From an uncultured virus (IMG/VR IMGVR_UViG_3300042522_000840) (lineage: Duplodnaviria; Heunggongvirae; Uroviricota; Caudoviricetes), in IMG/VR virus record IMGVR_UViG_3300042522_000840: a stretch of DNA of 64,000 nt; one strand, 5' to 3'. Below the pieces are notes generated by a model that saw nothing but the letters and a program-made list of their open reading frames with translations, was not told the DNA's origin and did no database searches. This document shows positions 57,332 through 64,000 of the stretch, piece by piece. The first letter of the stretch is position 1; each line of letters opens with the position of its first letter. Made by a program: the position numbers and the translations under genes.

Positions 57332-60300
57332 ATGCCTCTTAACAAACTTGATAATTTCATAAAGAATACCGAAGGTCGCATTCTTTATGTAAATCCAAAT
57401 GACCTAGATTCGACTGATTCTATTGAAAATGAAGGTAATTCTCTTGCTCGCCCATTCAAAACAGTTCAAAGAGCACTGTTAGAGTCGGCAAGATTTTCTT
57501 ATGTAAAAGGAAACAATAACGACTTAGTAGAAAAAACTACAATTCTACTATTTCCTGGCGAACATTTAATTGATAATAGACCTGGTTATGCAATTTATGA
57601 TAATGGTGGAGATGCTTATGCAGTTTCTAGAGCAGGTGGCATAGGGGTTTCAGCGTCTTCAGTATTATCTTTAGGTCTTGATTCCAATTTTGACTTAACA
57701 CAAGAAGATAATATTCTCTATAAGTTTAATAGTTATTATGGTGGAGTTATTATTCCAAGAGGCACCTCAATTGTTGGTCTCGATTTAAGAAAGACTAAAA
57801 TTCGTCCAAAGTATGTTCCCAATCCAACTGATTCGGCAGTAACAAAATCAGCAATCTTTAGAATCACGGGTGCTTGCTATTTCTGGCAATTTTCTCTATT
57901 TGATGGTGACGAAACTGGTTTGGTTTATACAAATCCAGATAATTTTGGTGCGACTTATCAATCAACTCCATCATTCTCTCACCACAAACTGACTTGTTTT
58001 GAATTTGCAGATGGTGTAAACAATATTGGGTCTTATGGTCTTACAGACCTTGATATGTATTATAGTAAGGTATCTAATGCTTATAATTCAGTTCGTGATA
58101 TTGATCAAAAGTTCCCAACAAATGAACTAGGATTTGCTAAGCAACGCTCGGAGTGGGAAATTGTTGGGGCATTTGCTAGCGATCCTATAACTGTTTCATC
58201 TATCATTTCTGGTAACGGATCCGTTGCAAGTTCTATTGTTACAGTTATAACTACTTCGGAGCATGGGTTAAATGCTGGTACACCAATTAAAATTAAAGGT
58301 GTATCAGGTTCTGGAGTAACGTCACCTTATAATATTTCTACCAAAGTTCAGAATGTTTTAAGTAGCACTCAGTTTACTTATTTACTACCTGGACTTGCTT
58401 CTTATCCAAACATCAATCCAAGTCCAAGTGCTGGATCGGCAACAGTAACAATTGAGACTGATACTGTTTCTGGTGCATCTCCATATATCTTTAATATCTC
58501 TATGCGTTCCGTATGGGGTATGAACGGTCTTCATGCTGATGGTAGCAAAGCATCTGGTTTCCGAAGCACCGTTGTTGCTCAGTTTACTGCAGTATCTCTA
58601 CAAAAAGATGATCGTGCTTTTGTAAAATATAACAAGTCTTCAAGAACTTATCAGGGAGTTAATATAACTCCAGTTTATGGTGCATCACTTCCAGAAGGTG
58701 CTTCACAAACAAATTCAGATCAAATTTACCATTTAGATCCTGATGCAGTTTATCGTCAGGGTTGGGAAACAAGTCATGTTAAAATTTCCAATGATGCGTT
58801 TATTCAAATCGTTTCTGTATTTGCGATTGGATTTAATAAACATTTTGATGCCGAGTCTGGTGGTGATGGTTCAATCACCAACTCTAACTCAAACTTTGGT
58901 CAAATTTCTCTAAACTCTTCTGGATTTAAAAGAGAGGCATTTAATAAAGACAATAATGCCTTCATTACCTCAATTATTCCCCCAAGAGCAGTTGATACTA
59001 CTCAAGAAGACACAATAGAGTGGTTATCTCTGAATGTCGGATTGACAACTCAGGTTGGCATTTCAAGTCATCTTTATCTTTATGGGTTTACATCTGCAGA
59101 CTCTGCACCATCTTCACTTACACAAGGATATCGAATTGGTGCAAGACTAAATGATAATCTATATTTGGTGGGTGCTGGTGCAACTTACTCAGCGTCTATC
59201 TATATGTGCGATAATTTAATCAGCACTAGTGGACTTACTACAGCATTGGGAACAACAAGTTCCGTCAAGTCTTATGATGTAACTTCTGGTCCAACATCAA
59301 ATTCATTTACAATTGGAGCAAATAAACTTTTAACGGGTGAAAAAGTTATAATTATTAGTGATGATGGAGATCTTCCAGAAAATATTGAAGCTCACCAAAT
59401 TTATTATGCAATTAACAACGGCGACAACAATACGGTTAAGTTGGCATCATCATATACAAATGCAACTCAATCACAAGCAATTACAGTTTATGGTGGAACT
59501 AATCTTCATATTTTAAGTCGAGTTTCTGATAGAAACTCTGGAGAACTTGGTTCACCAATTCAATTTGATGCCCAAAATAATAATTGGTTTATTCATGTTA
59601 ATGCAGGTAACGGCATCTACAATGCATTTGCATCAGGTGGCACGGCGACATATGGAACCACGACTGACCTTGCTTATGTAAATCGTATTTCTGATGAAAG
59701 AAGTCTTGATGAAAAACTGTATAAGTTTAGAGTTGTTATACCAAAAGAACTTGCAAACGCAAAAGATCCTGAAAATGGATTTGTAATTCAAACTTCAAGT
59801 TCAACTGGATCTAGAGATAATTTTGATTTTACAAGACCTAGTATTACTAGTGCTGATTATGGATACAATAAGAACCCAAGATTCATTAGCAATTGCTCAG
59901 TAAGTTCTAATCGTGTTACAGTCACATCCGAACTTCCACATAACTTACAAACTGGTGACATCGTTGCTATTAGAAAAGTAACAAGCACTGATAATTCAAT
60001 TGGCGAAGATAATGTTGGATATAATGGTATTTTTGAAGTTGTAGTTACAGATGATGTAACATTCAACTATTCAACTACCGATATTTTTGATGTTGCACAT
60101 ACTCCAGGAACATTTACAAACAATGTAAATGTAAGAGATATGAATCTTCCAAGATTTGAAAGAAATGACCTTAAAGGAAATCTCTATATTTACAGAAATG
60201 AAGTTATTTCTCCATACATCTATAACACTCAGGATGGTATCTATCATCTCTATGTTCTGAATGCAAGTAATACGATTCCTATAGAGTTTACAAATCTAGA

Positions 60301-62614
60301 GTATAGTCAGCTTCCAGTAGATCTTTATCCACAACTGGATAGAGATAATGCAAATGATAACCCATTTGCTGCAAAATCGTTCGCTAAGCGTTTTCCAATT
60401 GGTGATGTTGTAACAAACGATCTTAAGAGGAGTATTACTAGAGAATCTGCCGACTTATTGCTCAAGGATGTTGGTATTGGTTTAACTATTTCTTCAGTCT
60501 TATCACCATCAACATCTGGTATTGCAACAATTACCTTTGGTAGGAATCATGGTCTTGCTGGTATTGTAACTTATAGCACTCTTACCGGTGGTTCTGGGCA
60601 CACTAGCGGAACATTCTATAATGTTAAATTATACAATGAAGTAGGTCTATCTAACTGGGATGGTGCAACTGCTAAGGTTGTAGTATCTGCTAGTGGTGTT
60701 GTTGTTGGTGTTGATATTCAGGCAGGTGGTTCTGGATATACCAATGATGAAACACTCTATTTTGATACTGCGAAGATTGGTGGAACCGCAAATGCTTATG
60801 TTACAATTGCAACCGCTGGTATTTCTACAAATATCGGTGATGTTGTTCAGTTCACTGGGGCTGGAACAACTGCTGACGGATACTACCGCATCACTTCAGT
60901 TTCTGCAAAGAATCAAATTGCAATTGCTAAGACTGCTGGAGACCCAACAATCCTATCAAGTCAATATGCCTTTGTAGTTGGTCCTTCATCTAGAATTACT
61001 GGAACGACTTATAGTTCTACAACAGGTATTACCACATTCACAACTTCTTCTTCTCACGGACTGGTTTCTGGTAATAAGTTTAGAGTTATTGATTCGAGCA
61101 ATAACAATCTAGGAGACTATCTAGTTCTGGAAAGAACCAATGTAACACAATTTACTGCAATTACGAACAAATCTATTTCAGCAACAGATGGATTTATTCT
61201 CAAGCACGGTCTTTCGGCAAATGATGCAATTTCTGATGCTGGTGGAGAAAGTATTGGAACAAGAACAGTTCCTTTCTATAATAATGAAATCTTTACATTA
61301 ACTTCTGCAATTACCAATGAAACTACACTCAATATTAGCGCAATTGGTCCAATAACAAATCGTATTCCTCTTGGTTCATATATTCAAGTAGACAATGAAA
61401 TTATGAGGGTGACAAGTAGTGCAAATACTACTCAAATCAATGTCATTCGCGGTGCTTTTGGAACTCGTCAAGAAAATCATGATGCCAATTCACTTATTCG
61501 TAAGATTAACCCAATTGCCATAGAATTCCGCAGACCATCCATTCTAAGAGCATCTGGACATACTTTTGAATATCTTGGTTATGGTCCTGGAAACTACTCA
61601 ACTGGTCTGCCACAAGTTCAAGTTAAGACTCTTACTGAAAGAGAGGACTTCTTATCACAGTCTCAGGAGCGCTCTTGTGGCGTTGTTGTTTACACTGCTA
61701 TGAACAGCAATGGTGATGTTTTTAATGGCAATACAAAGACTTCTGCGACCAGTGGAGAGACTATTTCATACGATATTCCAACACCTACTGTTACAGGTCA
61801 AGATGTATCCAGATTAAGTGCTGTATTTGATGAGGTTACTATCAAAGAAAGACTTCTTGTTGAAGGAGGTGATTCGGGTCAAGTATTATCTCAGTTTGAT
61901 GGTCCAGTTAATTTCAATAAAGACCTTAGAATTAGAGCTCAATCCACGTTTAGCAATACTGTAAGATTAACCCAAGGAACTCAGTCAACTTCTACAACAA
62001 CTGGAGATTTGATTGTTTCTGGTGGTGTTGGTATTGGCAACAATCTAAATGTTGGTGGAACCTTAGGAGTTACTGGTGCTACTACGCTTTCAAGCACATT
62101 AGGAGTTACTGGAAACACAACTCTAACAGGAATTCTAACAATTAATGGTGGAAGTGGTGGAACAGCACTACGATTGAATAATGGTGGTGATATTGTTCTT
62201 TACAACGCAGCAAATACTGGTCTTACATCTATTTTCTGCGATACAGATAATGAGTTAAAAACTAACGGTAATGTTCTTATTGGCGGAGCACTGAATGTTG
62301 TCGGTGATATCACAGCATTCTATACTTCCGACCAAAGACTAAAAGATAATATTGTTGCGATTGAGGACCCACTTGCTAAAGTTCTCTCAATCAGTGGTAA
62401 CACTTATACTTGGAATGAGAAGTCTGGTAAAGAAGGTAATGATGTTGGTGTAATCGCACAAGAAATCCTTGAGGTTCTTCCAGAAGCAGTTACAACTAGA
62501 GATAATGGATACCTTGCAGTTGACTATCATAAGATTGTTCCACTGTTGGTTGAGGCAATTAAAGAACTTTCTGCGAAGGTTGAAAACCTTGAGCAGAAAC
62601 TTACAGATAAATAA
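57332..62614 (+). CDS. Large virion structural/tail-fibre protein with C-terminal peptidase S74-like chaperone
   Basis: MPLNKLDNFIKN..GRILYV...PFKTVQRAL; ends TSDQRLKDNI...GVIAQE...VDYHKIVPLLVEAIKEL. Confidence 0.82.
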   Translation: MPLNKLDNFIKNTEGRILYVNPNDLDSTDSIENEGNSLARPFKTVQRALLESARFSYVKGNNNDLVEKTTILLFPGEHLIDNRPGYAIYDNGGDAYAVSRAGGIGVSASSVLSLGLDSNFDLTQEDNILYKFNSYYGGVIIPRGTSIVGLDLRKTKIRPKYVPNPTDSAVTKSAIFRITGACYFWQFSLFDGDETGLVYTNPDNFGATYQSTPSFSHHKLTCFEFADGVNNIGSYGLTDLDMYYSKVSNAYNSVRDIDQKFPTNELGFAKQRSEWEIVGAFASDPITVSSIISGNGSVASSIVTVITTSEHGLNAGTPIKIKGVSGSGVTSPYNISTKVQNVLSSTQFTYLLPGLASYPNINPSPSAGSATVTIETDTVSGASPYIFNISMRSVWGMNGLHADGSKASGFRSTVVAQFTAVSLQKDDRAFVKYNKSSRTYQGVNITPVYGASLPEGASQTNSDQIYHLDPDAVYRQGWETSHVKISNDAFIQIVSVFAIGFNKHFDAESGGDGSITNSNSNFGQISLNSSGFKREAFNKDNNAFITSIIPPRAVDTTQEDTIEWLSLNVGLTTQVGISSHLYLYGFTSADSAPSSLTQGYRIGARLNDNLYLVGAGATYSASIYMCDNLISTSGLTTALGTTSSVKSYDVTSGPTSNSFTIGANKLLTGEKVIIISDDGDLPENIEAHQIYYAINNGDNNTVKLASSYTNATQSQAITVYGGTNLHILSRVSDRNSGELGSPIQFDAQNNNWFIHVNAGNGIYNAFASGGTATYGTTTDLAYVNRISDERSLDEKLYKFRVVIPKELANAKDPENGFVIQTSSSTGSRDNFDFTRPSITSADYGYNKNPRFISNCSVSSNRVTVTSELPHNLQTGDIVAIRKVTSTDNSIGEDNVGYNGIFEVVVTDDVTFNYSTTDIFDVAHTPGTFTNNVNVRDMNLPRFERNDLKGNLYIYRNEVISPYIYNTQDGIYHLYVLNASNTIPIEFTNLEYSQLPVDLYPQLDRDNANDNPFAAKSFAKRFPIGDVVTNDLKRSITRESADLLLKDVGIGLTISSVLSPSTSGIATITFGRNHGLAGIVTYSTLTGGSGHTSGTFYNVKLYNEVGLSNWDGATAKVVVSASGVVVGVDIQAGGSGYTNDETLYFDTAKIGGTANAYVTIATAGISTNIGDVVQFTGAGTTADGYYRITSVSAKNQIAIAKTAGDPTILSSQYAFVVGPSSRITGTTYSSTTGITTFTTSSSHGLVSGNKFRVIDSSNNNLGDYLVLERTNVTQFTAITNKSISATDGFILKHGLSANDAISDAGGESIGTRTVPFYNNEIFTLTSAITNETTLNISAIGPITNRIPLGSYIQVDNEIMRVTSSANTTQINVIRGAFGTRQENHDANSLIRKINPIAIEFRRPSILRASGHTFEYLGYGPGNYSTGLPQVQVKTLTEREDFLSQSQERSCGVVVYTAMNSNGDVFNGNTKTSATSGETISYDIPTPTVTGQDVSRLSAVFDEVTIKERLLVEGGDSGQVLSQFDGPVNFNKDLRIRAQSTFSNTVRLTQGTQSTSTTTGDLIVSGGVGIGNNLNVGGTLGVTGATTLSSTLGVTGNTTLTGILTINGGSGGTALRLNNGGDIVLYNAANTGLTSIFCDTDNELKTNGNVLIGGALNVVGDITAFYTSDQRLKDNIVAIEDPLAKVLSISGNTYTWNEKSGKEGNDVGVIAQEILEVLPEAVTTRDNGYLAVDYHKIVPLLVEAIKELSAKVENLEQKLTDK

Positions 62615-62630
62615 CTAGAAACCATATAAG

Positions 62631-64000
62631 ATGGCAAATTATAGAAAGTCATTTAACCTTAGGAATGGTGTTCAGGTTGACGATGATAACTTTATCGTAA
62701 ACGCTAATGGTCTGGTGGGAATTGGAACTTCAATTCCCACTGAGTTCTTGGATGTTCGAGGTAATGTTAAAGTTGTTGGATTAGTTACTGCTTCAAGGGT
62801 AAGTACTCCTAATTTGCAGGTTACTGGAGTTGGAACATTTACAACTTTAACAGACGGAACTGTTAGAATTAGTTCTGGTATTGTAACGGCATCTTCTGGA
62901 ATTGTAACTTACTATGGTGATGGTAAAGGGCTAACTAATATTCCAACTTCACAATGGGTTGATGTAAATACTGGAACTGGATATTCGAGCATATATGCTG
63001 CCGGAACGGTCGGTATTGCTAATACAATGCCCAATTATTTCCTTCAAGTGGGAGGAAATCCGGACACAGTATCTGGTGTAGGTATTAACTCTACTGGCGA
63101 TATCAAATTAACGGGAATTATAACTGCTTCTTCTTTTGTTGGTTCTGGTATTGGAATTACTCAAATTAATGCTTCGAATATTTCTTCAGGAACTTTATCA
63201 AACTCAATACTTCCATCAAATATCAATGTTTCTGGAGTCATAACCGCGACTTCTGGATTTAGTGGTAATGTCGTAGGCAATGTAACTGGCACTGCAACTA
63301 CTGCACAATCACTCACAGGAACTCCAAATATTACTGTTGGTGTTGTAACTGCAACGAAGATTATTGCTGATAGTATTGAAGTTAATGCATTTCCATCAGG
63401 TATCACAACAATTTCCAAGTTACTTCATGTTGGAACTGGTGGAACTGCATTTGCCGCATTAGAATCTGGAAGAATTGGTGTTGGAACCGCAGCACCAACA
63501 TCAGAACTTCAAATCAGAAAATCTGATAATACTCTTGTAGAAGTTATTAGTGATACTTCACAAGCAAGAATTAGCATTGGTCAATCTGTTGGTGTTGGTA
63601 AAAGTACCGCAGTATTGAGATTTGGAAATGAATCAAAGACTTTTGATATTGTTAATAATGACACTGGAAATATTAATACATATCTACACGCTGGTCCTGC
63701 TGGCGTAGGAACTGGTAGATTTGCTTGGTTGTATGGTCAGTCAAATGCCGAACTAGTTTCACTAACTTATAATGGCAATTTTGGCATAGGAATTACAAAT
63801 CCAACAAACAAGCTGCACGTTGTTGGTACATCTACTGTTACAGGTAACGCTAATTTTGGAAGTAATGTAACTATTAATGGAAACTTAACTGCTGGAAGTC
63901 TTACTTTACCACCAGTTTTAACAAACGTAAACTTAAATAATTCCTCAGGAATTTCTACATTTAATGACATAAAATCATCTCGAATTTTATCTATAGTACA
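62631..64000 (+). CDS. Tail fibre-like protein, 3'-truncated by window edge
   Basis: MANYRKSFNLRNGVQVD...VGIGTSIP...TYYGDG; appears open to end of window. Confidence 0.78.
   Translation, partial: MANYRKSFNLRNGVQVDDDNFIVNANGLVGIGTSIPTEFLDVRGNVKVVGLVTASRVSTPNLQVTGVGTFTTLTDGTVRISSGIVTASSGIVTYYGDGKGLTNIPTSQWVDVNTGTGYSSIYAAGTVGIANTMPNYFLQVGGNPDTVSGVGINSTGDIKLTGIITASSFVGSGIGITQINASNISSGTLSNSILPSNINVSGVITATSGFSGNVVGNVTGTATTAQSLTGTPNITVGVVTATKIIADSIEVNAFPSGITTISKLLHVGTGGTAFAALESGRIGVGTAAPTSELQIRKSDNTLVEVISDTSQARISIGQSVGVGKSTAVLRFGNESKTFDIVNNDTGNINTYLHAGPAGVGTGRFAWLYGQSNAELVSLTYNGNFGIGITNPTNKLHVVGTSTVTGNANFGSNVTINGNLTAGSLTLPPVLTNVNLNNSSGISTFNDIKSSRILSIV

Overview
64 kb of an AT-rich T4-like cyanomyovirus (Kyanoviridae-type) genome. 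In order: (i) photosynthesis/carbon AMG block (3' part of psbA, psbD, talC, gnd) interleaved with free-standing homing-endonuclease-like genes; (ii) ~18 kb of large virion/tail-fibre-like genes, including three paralogues built from WTLRTS beta-propeller-like repeats; (iii) a seven-gene glycosylation island (glycosyltransferase-like genes, methyltransferase domain, UDP-galactopyranose mutase); (iv) core T4-like genes (glutaredoxin, thyX, phoH, exonuclease, gp33, gp59, gp32, Mom-like, gp53, gp48, gp4, gp26/gp51, hub, gp5); (v) three tRNAs and further tail-fibre genes. Most notable: a covarying two-promoter small-RNA/leader cassette in front of each of three GIY-YIG-like nuclease genes; a tRNA-Leu(UAA) interrupted by a 199-nt group I intron at the cyanobacterial trnL position; a -1 slippery site fusing gp26 to gp51; an orphan promoter-to-terminator ncRNA candidate; and a glycosylation island beside Ser/Thr-rich fibre genes. 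All calls are by eye; no searches were run.
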